Positions 28,855 to 39,965 of a stretch of 64,000 nt of DNA are shown here, piece by piece; the stretch's first letter is position 1; the number at the start of each line of letters is the position of its first letter. Under the pieces are notes generated by a model. It ran no database searches. It was not told the origin of the DNA and saw only the letters and a program-made list of their open reading frames with translations. The stretch is from an uncultured Gammaproteobacteria bacterium (GTDB lineage: Bacteria > Patescibacteriota > Patescibacteriia > UBA1558 > GWA2-36-10). A program made the position numbers and the translations under genes. The stretch lies in the NCBI GenBank assembly GCA_964515785.1, contig CAZEWH010000003.1, positions 16,013 through 80,012 of the forward strand, in the 5' to 3' direction.

Positions 28855-29196
28855 ATGTACAAAAAATCTCTAGGCACTCGCGGTGAAAATATTGCCGTCA
28901 GATACTATGAAAATTTAGGCTATAAAATAATCCAGCAAAATTTCTGGACTGTTTTAGGTGAACTAGATCTTGTTTTAGAAAAAAATAAACAAATATTAGT
29001 AGTAGAAGTAAAAACCCGCTGCAATGACAAATTTGGTTGGGGTGAAGAATGTATTAGTCCCAAAAAATTGATAAATATCCAGCAAGCCTATTATGTCTTA
29101 CAGCAAGAAATGGACTTACCTGAATATTTTGAAATAGAAATCTGTGCTATAGAGCTAAGCTATAAAAAAGCTAAGATCAAGAGATTTTTGATATAA
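28855..29196 (+). CDS. yraN: YraN family PD-(D/E)xK nuclease-like protein
   Basis: LG.RGE..A..Y, GELDLV, VEVKTR; start moved to MYKK. Confidence 0.88.
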   Translation: MYKKSLGTRGENIAVRYYENLGYKIIQQNFWTVLGELDLVLEKNKQILVVEVKTRCNDKFGWGEECISPKKLINIQQAYYVLQQEMDLPEYFEIEICAIELSYKKAKIKRFLI

Positions 29197-29198
29197 TA

Positions 29199-29267
29199 TT
29201 GACTTTTTTACCTAAATAAGCTAGACTATTGTTACATTAAGCTAGTTTATTAAACTAGCTTATTTTT
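29199..29267 (+). promoter_or_regulatory. nusA promoter and 5'-leader terminator
   Basis: TTGACT-17-TAGACT; TAAGCTAGTTT/AAACTAGCTTA hairpin plus TTTTT before nusA. Confidence 0.6.
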
Positions 29268-29286
29268 ATAAGTAAATTTTAATAAA

Positions 29287-30528
29287 ATGGCAAACGACAA
29301 AAGTATTGCTACAGCCATCAAACAGATTTGCGAGGAAAAAAACCTTTCAATGGAAGCAGTTATTTCTGCTATAGAGGCAGCCCTAGCAGCCGCCTACCGC
29401 AAAGAATTTGGTAACAAAGATCAAAATATCAAAGTTGTCTTCAATGCTGATAATGCTCAGACAGCTGTTTTTGATGTAAAAACTGTAGTAGAAGATGTTG
29501 ATTTGGAAGAAGAGGAAAAATTACTCGAAGCTCAACGCGAAAAACGTGAAGCTGGCGAGGAAATTCCTGAAGAAGACATTATCAAAAAATTTAATACTCG
29601 TGCTGAAATTATGATCTCTGAAGCACTGGAAATAAATCCAGATTATAAAATCGGCGACATCATCGAAACAAAACTAGAAGTCCCAGAAGAATACGGACGT
29701 ATGGCAGCTCAGACTGCCAAACAAGTCATTGTCCAGCGTCTACGTGAAGCTGAGCGTGACCATATATTTTCTGAATACAAAGACAAAGAAAATGAACTTG
29801 TACTTGGCACAATCCAAAGAAAAGAAGGTCGTCGCTTTATTGTCGATCTTGGCAAAGCCAATGGTGTCCTACCACCAGAAGAGCAAATACGTAGTGAAGG
29901 ATACAATATTGGTACTCGCCTCAACTTTTTTATTGTCCAGGTGCATATGACAAACAAAGGACCAGAAATTGTCTTATCTCGTACTCACCCAGAAATTGTC
30001 CGTGAATTATTTGCCACTGAAGTACCAGAAATAGCCGCTGGCTCAGTAGAGATAAAAGGCATTGCTCGTGAAGCAGGAAGTCGTTCTAAAATTGCAGTAA
30101 CTGCTACTGAAGAAAACATAGATCCAGTTGGCTCTTGTGTTGGTCAAAAAGGCTCTCGAGTCCAAACAGTAATCAACGAACTAGGTGGTGAAAAAATAGA
30201 CATTATTGAATGGGATGAAGATATTAAGACTTTTATTGCCAATGCTTTGAGTCCAGCTGAAATTGATAAAATTGAAACTGACGAAGAAAATAGTACTGCT
30301 TCTGTCATGGTTCATGACGATCAATTGTCTCTGGCAATTGGTAAGAGTGGACAAAATGCTCGTCTAGCTGCCAAGCTATCTGGCTGGAAGATTGATATTA
30401 TCTCTCCTAACTCTGAAGGAAAAATAGACAAAGAAGAAAAAGAAGATAAAACTGAAGAGAAAGATGAAGTAGCTGAAGAAGTTAAAGAAGAAAAACCAAA
30501 GAAGAAAAAAACTACAACTAAAAAATAA
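29287..30528 (+). CDS. nusA: Transcription termination/antitermination factor NusA
   Basis: [52 protein letters not shown]. Confidence 0.98.
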   Translation: MANDKSIATAIKQICEEKNLSMEAVISAIEAALAAAYRKEFGNKDQNIKVVFNADNAQTAVFDVKTVVEDVDLEEEEKLLEAQREKREAGEEIPEEDIIKKFNTRAEIMISEALEINPDYKIGDIIETKLEVPEEYGRMAAQTAKQVIVQRLREAERDHIFSEYKDKENELVLGTIQRKEGRRFIVDLGKANGVLPPEEQIRSEGYNIGTRLNFFIVQVHMTNKGPEIVLSRTHPEIVRELFATEVPEIAAGSVEIKGIAREAGSRSKIAVTATEENIDPVGSCVGQKGSRVQTVINELGGEKIDIIEWDEDIKTFIANALSPAEIDKIETDEENSTASVMVHDDQLSLAIGKSGQNARLAAKLSGWKIDIISPNSEGKIDKEEKEDKTEEKDEVAEEVKEEKPKKKKTTTKK

Positions 30529-30545
30529 CTATAATTTACAAAATT

Positions 30546-32597
30546 ATGTCACACATTATTTTACTTGCTATTTTAGCATCTGTCATCTCTATCATTTTTG
30601 GAGTGATTTTAATCCAAAAAATTCTCAAAAAACCTAGAGGTGATGAAAAAATGAAAGCGATTGCTGACGCTATCCAAGCTGGCGCCAAAGCTTATCTAAG
30701 TCGTCAATACAAAACTATTGCTTACCTAGCTATTGCTTTATTTATTGTTCTGGGTTTTGTAGTTGATTGGTATACAGCTATTGCCTTTTTGATAGGAGCT
30801 GTTTTATCTGCTGCAGCTGGTATCATTGGTATGAATATCTCTGTACGTACCAATGTCCGGACAGCTGAAGCTGCCAAAAAGGGAATCCAACCAGCTATGA
30901 AATTAGCCGTCTTGGGCGGTGCAGTGACTGGTATGCTTGTCGTGGGCTTAGCATTACTTGGTGTAGCAGGGATGTATCTTATCCCAGCTGTTACTGTCAA
31001 ACACTTGATTGGTTTAGGATTTGGTGGAAGTCTTATTTCTGTCTTTGCTAGACTTGGTGGTGGTATTTTTACCAAGGCTGCTGATGTTGGAGCTGACCTA
31101 GTTGGAAAAGTCGAAGCTGGCATCCCAGAAGATGACCCTCGTAACCCAGCTGTGATTGCTGACAATGTTGGTGACAATGTTGGTGACTGCGCTGGCATGG
31201 CTGCAGATCTGTTTGAAACCTATGCAGTCACACTTGTAGCTGCTATGTTACTAGGTTCTTTGACTTTTGTTGATTTTGACAATGCTGTGCTTTATCCTCT
31301 AGCCCTTGGCGCTGTAGCGATTGTTACTTCTTTAGTTAGTTTAGCTTTTATCCGTCTCAAAAAAAATCAATCAGTTGAAGAAATCCAAAAAAATAATGGC
31401 ATTATGAAAGCTCTATACAAAGGTTTGATAGCAGCTGGTGTTTTGACTGTAGTTGGCTTTTTCTTTGTAACAAAATACATGATGTCCGATCTAGTGACTG
31501 CCAACTATATGAATATTTACTATGCTAGTTTAGTTGGTCTAGTAGTAACTGCTTTTATCGTTTGGATTACAGAGTATTATACTTCAGATAGATACAAACC
31601 AGTCAAATCAATTGCCAAAGCTTCTGAAACTGGTCATGGCACAAACATCATCCAAGGTTTGGCTATTAGTATGAAATCTACTGCTTGGCCAATTTTGGTA
31701 ATTGTAGCTGGTATTATCGTAGCTTTCCAATTGGCTGGACTTTATGGGATTGCTATTGCTGCTATGAGCATGTTGTCTCTAGCTGGTATTATAGTCACTA
31801 TCGATGCCTATGGACCAATCACTGACAATGCTGGTGGTATTGCTGAAATGGCTGAACTAGATGACTCTGTTCGTAATATTACTGATCCTCTAGACTCAGT
31901 CGGTAATACAACAAAAGCTGTAACCAAAGGATATGCTATTGCTTCTGCAGGATTAGCTGCTCTAGTATTGTTTGCTGCTTATACTCAAGACCTCTTGCAC
32001 TTTGGTCAATCATTTTCATTTACCTTAGAAAATCCATATGTCTTAGCTGGTCTATTTATTGGCGGTCTATTACCATATTTCTTTGGAGCCCTATCTATGG
32101 AAGCTGTTGGTAAAACTGCTGGCTATGTTGTCAAAGAAGTTAGACGTCAATTCAAAGCCAAACCTGGTATTATGCAGGGTACTGAAAAACCAGACTATGA
32201 AGCAGCTGTTGATATTGTGACTAAAGGAGCGTTGAAACAAATGATTGTACCAGCTTTGATCCCAGTCTTGGTACCTATTTTGATAATGATTATTTTTGGT
32301 AAATTTGTTAGCTTAGAAGCTGGCTTACTGGTCTTGGGCGGTACTCTAGTTGGTAGTATCGTAACTGGTATCTTTATTGCTATTTCTATGACATCTGGTG
32401 GAGGTGCTTGGGACAATGCCAAGAAATATATTGAAAATGGTAATCATGGTGGCAAAGGTTCTGAAGCTCATAAAGCTGCTGTAACTGGTGACACAGTTGG
32501 TGATCCCTACAAGGACACAGCTGGTCCAGCTATCAATCCTATGATTAAAATTTTGAATGTTGTTGCTCTATTACTAATTATTATTATTTTTGCTTAA
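30546..32597 (+). CDS. hppA: Membrane pyrophosphatase (probably K+-independent H+-PPase)
   Basis: [44 protein letters not shown] (Lys form), [10 protein letters not shown]. Confidence 0.95.
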   Translation: MSHIILLAILASVISIIFGVILIQKILKKPRGDEKMKAIADAIQAGAKAYLSRQYKTIAYLAIALFIVLGFVVDWYTAIAFLIGAVLSAAAGIIGMNISVRTNVRTAEAAKKGIQPAMKLAVLGGAVTGMLVVGLALLGVAGMYLIPAVTVKHLIGLGFGGSLISVFARLGGGIFTKAADVGADLVGKVEAGIPEDDPRNPAVIADNVGDNVGDCAGMAADLFETYAVTLVAAMLLGSLTFVDFDNAVLYPLALGAVAIVTSLVSLAFIRLKKNQSVEEIQKNNGIMKALYKGLIAAGVLTVVGFFFVTKYMMSDLVTANYMNIYYASLVGLVVTAFIVWITEYYTSDRYKPVKSIAKASETGHGTNIIQGLAISMKSTAWPILVIVAGIIVAFQLAGLYGIAIAAMSMLSLAGIIVTIDAYGPITDNAGGIAEMAELDDSVRNITDPLDSVGNTTKAVTKGYAIASAGLAALVLFAAYTQDLLHFGQSFSFTLENPYVLAGLFIGGLLPYFFGALSMEAVGKTAGYVVKEVRRQFKAKPGIMQGTEKPDYEAAVDIVTKGALKQMIVPALIPVLVPILIMIIFGKFVSLEAGLLVLGGTLVGSIVTGIFIAISMTSGGGAWDNAKKYIENGNHGGKGSEAHKAAVTGDTVGDPYKDTAGPAINPMIKILNVVALLLIIIIFA

Positions 32598-32618
32598 ACT
32601 TACTTAATATAAATTATT

Positions 32619-33899
32619 ATGAAAATCACCAAAAAAGACCTAGACAAAAGCCAAATTGAATTGACTATTGAAGTGTCTCTTGAAGAAATCAAACCTCATT
32701 TAGACAAAGCTGCTAATCAAATTGCTGAAAAAAATAAAATTCCTGGATTTCGTCCAGGTAAAGCTCCTTATGATTTGATCAAAAGCAAATTTGGAGAAAT
32801 GGCTATTCTACAAGCTGCTGTAGATAGTGTTGTGTCTGAAACTTATTTTAAAGCTGTAACTCAAGAAAAATTACAAACTATCGGACAACCTCAGATCAAT
32901 GTTGAAAAAATTGCTCCCAATAACCCTATAGTTTATAAAGCAACTGTTGCTTTATTACCAAAAATTACTTTGGGAAAATGGCAAGATCTGTCTATAAAAA
33001 AACAATCAGTCAAAGCAACAGATGAAGAGATAGAAAAAACTATCCAAGAACTCCAAGATATGAATGTCAAAGAAAAAATAACTGACAAGGCTATTGCTAA
33101 GGGTAGCAAAGCAGAAATTGATTTTGAAGTTACTTTTGATAAAGTTGTCATCGAAGGTGGCAAACATAGTAAATATCCGATTGTGATTGGTGAGGGAAAT
33201 ATGATCCCTGGTTTTGAAGATAATTTAATTGGTATGAAAAAAGGAGAAGATAAAAAGTTTTCTCTCAAATTTCCTGACAAATATTTTCAAAGCAACTTAG
33301 CTGGTAAAAAACATGAGTTTGCAGTCAAGATACTTGAAGTATATGAAAGAGATCTGCCAAAACTAGATGATGCTTTTGCAAAAACTATTGGTTTTGAAAG
33401 TTTAGATAAATTTAAAAAACAATTAACCGAGAATATTACCCAAGATAAAGACACCAAAGAACAACAGCGAGTAGAAGCCGAAGCTATCAAGACTATTATT
33501 GATGCTTCTGAGCTGGCTGATATTCCTGAAATCTTGATCCATAACGAAATACATAAAATGATACATGAATTAGAACATAATATTGAACAACAAGGTATGG
33601 ATATGGATGGATATTTAAAATCTATCAAAAAAACCAAAGAAGATTTACAAAAAGATTTTGAACCTCAGGCTATTGAGCGTATCAAAGGGGCTCTAATTTT
33701 GCGACAAATCTCTGACGAAGAAAAAATTAATATCAGTGATAAAGAAATTGATGCAGAACTGACTAAGCAAGAAGAAATGTACAAAGACAACCCTCAGGCA
33801 ATGCAAAATATTAAACAACCAGAATATCGTACTTATCTTCAAAATTTATTGGCCAATCAAGCGGTCATCAAATTTATCAACGAAAAAATCATCAAGTAA
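32619..33899 (+). CDS. tig: Trigger factor
   Basis: IPGFRPGKAP; FKBP-like MIPGFED. Confidence 0.95.
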   Translation: MKITKKDLDKSQIELTIEVSLEEIKPHLDKAANQIAEKNKIPGFRPGKAPYDLIKSKFGEMAILQAAVDSVVSETYFKAVTQEKLQTIGQPQINVEKIAPNNPIVYKATVALLPKITLGKWQDLSIKKQSVKATDEEIEKTIQELQDMNVKEKITDKAIAKGSKAEIDFEVTFDKVVIEGGKHSKYPIVIGEGNMIPGFEDNLIGMKKGEDKKFSLKFPDKYFQSNLAGKKHEFAVKILEVYERDLPKLDDAFAKTIGFESLDKFKKQLTENITQDKDTKEQQRVEAEAIKTIIDASELADIPEILIHNEIHKMIHELEHNIEQQGMDMDGYLKSIKKTKEDLQKDFEPQAIERIKGALILRQISDEEKINISDKEIDAELTKQEEMYKDNPQAMQNIKQPEYRTYLQNLLANQAVIKFINEKIIK

Positions 33900-33936
33900 G
33901 ATGATTTTTTCTTTTAAACTTGCTATAATATAAGCT

Positions 33937-34725
33937 ATGTATGAAACCGAATTAAAAATAGCTAAACAAGCTGTCCGAAGTGCGAGTAAATTTTTGAAAC
34001 CAGAATTTTTTAATTGGAAAATAGGTGGTGGTAAACTAAAAAATGGCGATGAAATAGTTACTTATTGTGATAAAAAATCTGAAAAAATTATTTTAACTAA
34101 GTTAAAAAAACATTTTCCCAAATATACTGTACTTTCTGAGGAAAAGGGATTAATAGATAATCATAGTGATTATTTTTGGACTATCGATCCCTTAGATGGT
34201 ACTTCTAATTTTACAAATCATAATCCGTTTTGGGCGGTATCTATTAGCTTGTTTTATAAAAAAGAAGTAGTGCTTGGCGTGACCTATTGTCCGATTTTAG
34301 ACGAAATGTATTGGGCTATCAAAAATCAAGGAGCTTATAAAAATAAAACTAAACTCAAAATATCTCAAGAACAAAATATAAAAAAATATATCATTGGTTA
34401 CAACCACGGTACTTCTTCAGATGATACCAAAAAAATATTCAAAATGTATTATCATTTTCAAAAGACGGTTCATCGGACTAGAAATTTTTATTGTACTAGT
34501 TTACAAATGGCTCTGACAGCTGGTGGTTATCTTGACGCTTATATGGTAAAAAACCCACACATATGGGATGTGGCTGCTGGAATTATTTTGTTGCAAGAAG
34601 CTGGTGCTACATTGACTGACTGGAAAAATAAACCTTGGATTAAAAATTCAAAAAGTATCTTAGCTAGTAACAAAAAAATGCATCCTATTTTACTAAAAGA
34701 ACTAAAAAAACTCAAACTTGCCTAA
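33937..34725 (+). CDS. suhB: Inositol monophosphatase family protein (SuhB-like)
   Basis: LSEE, WTIDPLDGTSNF, WDVAAG; leaderless. Confidence 0.85.
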   Translation: MYETELKIAKQAVRSASKFLKPEFFNWKIGGGKLKNGDEIVTYCDKKSEKIILTKLKKHFPKYTVLSEEKGLIDNHSDYFWTIDPLDGTSNFTNHNPFWAVSISLFYKKEVVLGVTYCPILDEMYWAIKNQGAYKNKTKLKISQEQNIKKYIIGYNHGTSSDDTKKIFKMYYHFQKTVHRTRNFYCTSLQMALTAGGYLDAYMVKNPHIWDVAAGIILLQEAGATLTDWKNKPWIKNSKSILASNKKMHPILLKELKKLKLA

Positions 34726-34757
34726 AATATAAAAGTCTGCTAAATTATTATCCTCAA

Positions 34758-34832
<75 letters not shown>

Positions 34833-34871
34833 TCTCGCAATGCGAGATTTTTTTGATACAAAAAAGCCCGA

Positions 34872-35069
34872 CTATTCAGTCGAGCCTTGATTTGATTCTT
34901 CTTGAGGAAGTTTGCAGCAAGCATCAGCTTCGTCAAAAGTCATGTATCGCATCCCGCAGACCGGGCAACGATAACGGCCATCGATACGGCCGTGTCGTTC
35001 GGCTTCAGACAACAGTTTGTGGTACTTGACATACTTCTTGGTTGCGGCATCATTTTGACTACCACTCAC
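34872..35069 (-). CDS. Small CxxC zinc-finger-like protein (cassette I)
   Basis: YRCPVCG..Y....EA..CC; AAGGAGG SD favours GTG 35069; TTGCCA-17-TAATTT promoter; terminator overlaps the stop. Confidence 0.7.
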   Translation of the reverse strand: MSGSQNDAATKKYVKYHKLLSEAERHGRIDGRYRCPVCGMRYMTFDEADACCKLPQEESNQGSTE

Positions 35070-35192
35070 GTTCATCCTCCTTGCAAAGGTACAAAGAACT
35101 ATTCTAAATTATCATAATTTTTTAGCTATGGCAAATAAAAAATCACGTAAAGACGCGAGCGTCCACGTGATAAAACAAAAACAAGCTAAAAG

Positions 35193-35240
35193 CTTGAATG
35201 GCGTGCCACGAACTTGAGCGAAGCGAATAGTTTGTGGTAC
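35193..35240. repeat. Hairpin with GAGCGAAGCGA loop overlapping the tRNA-Leu 3' end
   Basis: GTGCCACGAACT-TGAGCGAAGCGAAT-AGTTTGTGGTAC. Confidence 0.55.
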
Positions 35241-35320
35241 CGGCGATCGGACTTGAACCGATACGGCCAATGGCCACAGGATTTTAAGTCCTGCGTGTCT
35301 ACCAATTCCACCACGCCGGC
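35235..35320 (-). tRNA. tRNA-Leu(TAA)
   Basis: GCCGGCG acceptor; CT-TAA-AA loop; long variable arm; CCA end. Confidence 0.97.
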
Positions 35321-35332
35321 ACGTTCTCAAAC

Positions 35333-35409
35333 TGGAGCGAGTGACCGGATTCGAACCGGCGACCTTTTCCTTGGCAAGGAAACGTTCTAGCCAACTGAAC
35401 TACACTCGC
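35333..35409 (-). tRNA. tRNA-Gly(GCC)
   Basis: GCGAGTG/CACTCGC; TT-GCC-AA loop; TCCA end. Confidence 0.97.
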
Positions 35410-35434
35410 TTGTATAAATAATATAACTGGAATA

Positions 35435-35478
35435 AACTACCTGCCTTCCGAAGCTTTAGCGTAGGGAGGCACTCGCTT
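35435..35478 (-). repeat. Duplicated tRNA-Gly 5' end interrupted by a 30-bp palindromic element
   Basis: AACTAC|CTGCCTTCCGAAGCTTTAGCGTAGGGAGGC|ACTCGCTT versus intact AACTACACTCGCTT at 35398-35411. Confidence 0.7.
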
Positions 35479-35583
35479 ATATATACGCTACATATTATAT
35501 AGAAAACAGCTAAAAAGTCAAGTATTTACCCTTGTTTTATATGCTATAAATGATATTATTAATATACTTATTTCAGACAAAAT

Positions 35584-38301
35584 ATGGGCAAAAAGACCAA
35601 AAAACTAGTTGTTATAGATAGTCATGCATTGTTACATAGAGCTTGGCATGCAGTACCTCCTTTGAGTACCAAAGACGGCATTATGGTCAATGCAGTTTTT
35701 GGATATACCTCTTTACTCCTCAATATTATCAAAGAAATAAAACCAGATTATCTAATAGCTTCTTTTGATGTAGCTGGTGGTACTTTTCGTCATGAACAAT
35801 ATGAAGAATACAAAGCTCAGCGAGTAAAACAAGCTGATGAATTTTATGATCAAATCCCCTTGGCTTATGAAATTTTAGAAGCTTTTAATATTCCTATTCT
35901 CACAAAAAAAGGTTTTGAAGCTGATGATATAATAGGCACAATAGCGGCTCAGACTTATAAAAATCATGAAGACGTAGAAACTATTATAGTAACGGGAGAT
36001 TTGGACACTTTGCAATTAGTCAATGGCCGCGTCAAAGTCATGACTTTGAAACGTGGTTTTAATGATACAATTATTTATGACAAAACTGCAGTAGTCGAAC
36101 GCTATGGTCTTAATCCAGATCAGCTTATAGATATGAAAGCAATCATGGGTGATAGTTCTGACAATATCAAAGGTGTGGCTGGGATTGGTCTCAAAGGAGC
36201 CACTGATCTTATCAAAGAATTTGGTAATCTAGAAGATGTTTATAAAAATCTAGATAAAATTTCCAAAGACAGAACTAAAAAATTATTATCAGAGCAAAAA
36301 AAAGAAGCTTTTGAGAGTAAAGAGCTAGTTACTATTGTCCAGGATGTGTCTATCAAGTGGAAATTAGAACAGGCAAAATTTTCTGACTTTGATCCTGAAG
36401 AAGTTTACGAAATTTTCAAAAAATTTGAATTTAATTCTTTACTAAATCGTATTCCACACAAAGAGGCTAAGCAAAATACTAATGAAATTTTTTCTAAAAA
36501 AGGTTTTGATTATAAATTAATAAACTCAAGACCTGATTTTGCTAAATTTTTACAAGAATTAAAACAACAAAAATTAATCTCTATAGATACAGAAACTTCT
36601 GGGCTAGATGTCTTGACTGAAGAAATTTTAGGCATTTCTTTTGCTTGGAAAAAACAACATGGCTATTATATTAATTTGTCTAATAAAGATTTAAAACAAG
36701 AAGCTCTAGGCAAACTAAAACCAATCTTAGAAGATAATAAAATCAAAAAAATTGGGCATAACCTAAAATTTGATTATAAAGTTTTTAAAACTCTAGACAT
36801 AGAATTAAACGGTATTGCTTTTGATACTATATTAGCTGCTTATTTGATCAATCCTAGCCGAGGTTTACGCCTAGAAGAGCTGGCTTTTAGCTATCTTGGT
36901 TACAAAAAACTTAAACTTATAGACTTGTTTGACGAAAAGCCTAAAAATAAAAAAGCCCTAGATATCAAAGCTATCCCTCTAGATAGATTGGCTTGGTATG
37001 GAGTAGAAGATGTAGATATCACGCTGCGTTTATATCAAAAATTATTACCACTAACTAAAGACAATAAAAATTTTGAACTATTACAACAGATTGAAATACC
37101 ACTTATTCCAGCTTTAGCTGATATGGAACTTAATGGCATTGCATTAGATACTGATTTCTTAAAAATCATGTCCAAAGAATTTGCTTCTAATATCAAAAAA
37201 ATAACTAGCAAAATATATAAATTATCTGGACAAGAGTTTAATATTGCTTCTCCTAAGCAACTTAAGGAAATTTTATTTGAAAATTTAGAAATCAGTGCCG
37301 ACGGCATCAAAAAAACCAAGACCGGTCTATCCACTGCAGCTTCAGAACTTGAAAAACTAAAAAACAAACATGATATCATTCCACTAATTATAGAATACAG
37401 AGAACTAGCCAAACTACAATCTACTTATATCAATGCTCTGCCTGAATTATGTAACAAAAACACAAAGCGAGTCCATACTAGCTTCAACCAGACAGTTACT
37501 ATTACTGGTCGTTTGTCTTCTTCTGATCCAAATCTACAAAATATCCCTATCCGGACTGCTTTGGGTCGCGAGATTCGTAAGGCTTTTGTGGCACCACGCA
37601 ATCATGTCTTACTGTCAGCTGATTATTCTCAAATTGAGCTACGACTAGCAGCTGCTATTTCCAAAGATCCTAAAATGATGAAAGCTTTTAAGAATAAGGA
37701 AGATATTCATGCTCGTACAGCCGCTGAAATACATAAGATAGATCTAAAAGATGTTACCAAAGAAACACGTCGGACTGCCAAAGAAGTAAATTTTGGTGTA
37801 CTCTATGGTTTGGGTTCTACTGGACTAGCTCAACGTACTGATATGAACCGCAATGAAGCTAAAGAATTTATTACAAAATACTTTACAGTTTACAAAAAAA
37901 TAGATGATTATATAAAAAATACCAAAGCTTTTGCTCATCGCCATGGCTTTGTCCAAACTTTGTTTGGTCGCCGGCGCTATCTACCAGATATCAATTCTTA
38001 TATGCCTATGCTCAAAGCTCAAGCCGAACGCATGGCTATCAATATGCCTATCCAGGGTACAGCTGCAGATCTGATGAAACTAGCTATGATCAAAATATAC
38101 CAAGACTTGCCAAAAATTGATGCAAAGTCTAAAATAGTCCTACAAGTGCACGATGAATTAGTACTAGAAGTGCCAAAAAACTCAATTAAAAAAGTAGCTA
38201 AGTTCGTCAAAACTACCATGGAAGATATCTATAAATTATCTGTACCACTAGTGGTAGATATCGAAGTTGGTCGCACTTGGGGAAATTTGGAAAAACTATG
38301 A
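35584..38301 (+). CDS. polA: DNA polymerase I
   Basis: 5'-3' exonuclease EADD/GDLD/SDN; 3'-5' exonuclease DTET; TGRLSS.DPNLQNIP, ADYSQIELR, QVHDE. Confidence 0.98.
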   Translation: MGKKTKKLVVIDSHALLHRAWHAVPPLSTKDGIMVNAVFGYTSLLLNIIKEIKPDYLIASFDVAGGTFRHEQYEEYKAQRVKQADEFYDQIPLAYEILEAFNIPILTKKGFEADDIIGTIAAQTYKNHEDVETIIVTGDLDTLQLVNGRVKVMTLKRGFNDTIIYDKTAVVERYGLNPDQLIDMKAIMGDSSDNIKGVAGIGLKGATDLIKEFGNLEDVYKNLDKISKDRTKKLLSEQKKEAFESKELVTIVQDVSIKWKLEQAKFSDFDPEEVYEIFKKFEFNSLLNRIPHKEAKQNTNEIFSKKGFDYKLINSRPDFAKFLQELKQQKLISIDTETSGLDVLTEEILGISFAWKKQHGYYINLSNKDLKQEALGKLKPILEDNKIKKIGHNLKFDYKVFKTLDIELNGIAFDTILAAYLINPSRGLRLEELAFSYLGYKKLKLIDLFDEKPKNKKALDIKAIPLDRLAWYGVEDVDITLRLYQKLLPLTKDNKNFELLQQIEIPLIPALADMELNGIALDTDFLKIMSKEFASNIKKITSKIYKLSGQEFNIASPKQLKEILFENLEISADGIKKTKTGLSTAASELEKLKNKHDIIPLIIEYRELAKLQSTYINALPELCNKNTKRVHTSFNQTVTITGRLSSSDPNLQNIPIRTALGREIRKAFVAPRNHVLLSADYSQIELRLAAAISKDPKMMKAFKNKEDIHARTAAEIHKIDLKDVTKETRRTAKEVNFGVLYGLGSTGLAQRTDMNRNEAKEFITKYFTVYKKIDDYIKNTKAFAHRHGFVQTLFGRRRYLPDINSYMPMLKAQAERMAINMPIQGTAADLMKLAMIKIYQDLPKIDAKSKIVLQVHDELVLEVPKNSIKKVAKFVKTTMEDIYKLSVPLVVDIEVGRTWGNLEKL

Positions 38302-39248
38302 TTTTTTTCTACTATGGTGAAGACTCATTTCGAGCTTGCCAAAAGATAAAAGCTATTGAGCAAAAATTTCAAGACAAGGTTGATAAAAATGCTCACAATA
38401 TACAAACTCTAGACGCTGAATTTATCTCAGCTGATGATTTTTGGCAGGCTATCAGAGCTCAAGGATTTTTGGCTGACAAAAAACTAATTATTATCAAAAA
38501 TATTTTTTCCAATCGCAAGCTAAAAGATTGGCAAGATGAGCTTATAAAATATTTAAACAAACAAGAAGATACTACAGAAGAAAACTATCTAGTTTTTTGG
38601 CAAACTGGCAAAGTAGATTCTCGTCTCAAGCTTTTCAAGGCTCTAAAAAAATTCAAATTTGTCGAGGAGTTTATAAATCTCAAACCACTAGAAATTAAAA
38701 AATGGATAGAACGTCAAGTGGCTAATCAAAACAAAAATATCACTCCCCAAGCAATTGATGTCTTGATTAGCTATGTTGGAAATAATCTTTGGCAGCTCTA
38801 TCAAGAAATAAATAAATTATTAAACTATTGTGATAAAGATATTACAGATCAAGATGTAAAAACTCTAGTCCAAGCCAAGATAGATGAAAATATTTTTAAT
38901 TTTGTAGATGCTTTAGGAAACAAAGATAAAGCTCTGGCCCTCAAAATGCTCGAAGATCAGATAAACAACGGTGTTAATTCTCAATATATTTTGACTATGG
39001 TCACTCGCCAGTACAGAATTTTGATAAAAGCTAAATCTTTAGAAAATCAGATAAAATATCCTGGTGCTTTGGCTCAAGCTTTAAAAATACCTAGCTTGGT
39101 AGCTGAAAAAGCTATGACTCAAAGCAAAATGTATGACCTGGTTCAACTAAAAAAAATATACCAGCAATTGCTGATACTTGATGAAAAATTTAAGAGCACT
39201 GTTGATCAAGAAAAAATCCTATTTGCTCAAGTTATAAATAGTTTATAA
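38298..39248 (+). CDS. holA: DNA polymerase III subunit delta
   Basis: FYYGED, L..QEI.KL, NIF.FVDA; ATGA overlap with the polA stop. Confidence 0.88.
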   Translation: MIFFYYGEDSFRACQKIKAIEQKFQDKVDKNAHNIQTLDAEFISADDFWQAIRAQGFLADKKLIIIKNIFSNRKLKDWQDELIKYLNKQEDTTEENYLVFWQTGKVDSRLKLFKALKKFKFVEEFINLKPLEIKKWIERQVANQNKNITPQAIDVLISYVGNNLWQLYQEINKLLNYCDKDITDQDVKTLVQAKIDENIFNFVDALGNKDKALALKMLEDQINNGVNSQYILTMVTRQYRILIKAKSLENQIKYPGALAQALKIPSLVAEKAMTQSKMYDLVQLKKIYQQLLILDEKFKSTVDQEKILFAQVINSL

Positions 39249-39257
39249 AACAAAAAA

Positions 39258-39274
39258 TCCCGCCAAAGGCGGGA
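39258..39274. repeat. CCGCC-NNN-GGCGG palindrome/terminator
   Basis: TCCCGCCAAAGGCGGGA. Confidence 0.7.
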
Positions 39275-39304
39275 AAATTTGTTTATATCAAAGATCAGTA
39301 AAAT

Positions 39305-39652
39305 TTATTTTTTAGTGTCTTCTTTCTTAACTGGTTCAGATGGTTTGGCTTCTGCTTTTTTAGGAGCTTTAACAGCGTCTACTTTGACACCAGCTTTTTT
39401 AAGCATAGCAATAAAACGAGTTTTTTTACGATTACCAGTATTTGGTTTCAAGACTCCAGATTTTACTGCTTTATCAATAGCTTTTTGCAAGCTATAAACT
39501 AGATCATTGGCTCGTGTCTCGATATCACCTTTAGTAATAGATTTTTCACCTTGCTTGATAAGTTCTTTAATATTACGCTTAACCAAAACATTGGCTCGGG
39601 TAAGCTTTGCTGTTTGTTTCAAGTGTTTGATTGCTGATTTCTTATTTGGCAT
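39305..39652 (-). CDS. rpsT: 30S ribosomal protein S20 (K/E-rich C-terminal extension)
   Basis: MPNKKSAIK...Q...N; IDKAVK.GVLKPN...RKK.R. Confidence 0.92.
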   Translation of the reverse strand: MPNKKSAIKHLKQTAKLTRANVLVKRNIKELIKQGEKSITKGDIETRANDLVYSLQKAIDKAVKSGVLKPNTGNRKKTRFIAMLKKAGVKVDAVKAPKKAEAKPSEPVKKEDTKK

Positions 39653-39716
39653 ATTTACTGTTATAATTAATCTAACTTACAAGATATTAACATAAAATTA
39701 TTAAAACGTCAAGACT

Positions 39717-39965
39717 ATGGCAAAATACATATCACCCCAACAACAAATGCTAATTATCGAGAAATTATACCGTTCTCAAGATTCAATATATAGCACTGAA
39801 AAGTTTAACAAAGCATATCAAGACAAAACTGGTAAAATGGGCGACAGAACTCTAGAACTCAATGATTTTGCCCGTAAAATGAAGAAGACTGCTTTTACTA
39901 GCTTTGATGTAGAGCGTTTTACCAAAGAAATTACTGGTGAAATAATTGATCTAGAGACTTTATAA
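39717..39965 (+). CDS. Hypothetical protein (82 aa)
   Basis: Host-like codon usage; convergent 35-bp overlap with truB. Confidence 0.6.
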   Translation: MAKYISPQQQMLIIEKLYRSQDSIYSTEKFNKAYQDKTGKMGDRTLELNDFARKMKKTAFTSFDVERFTKEITGEIIDLETL

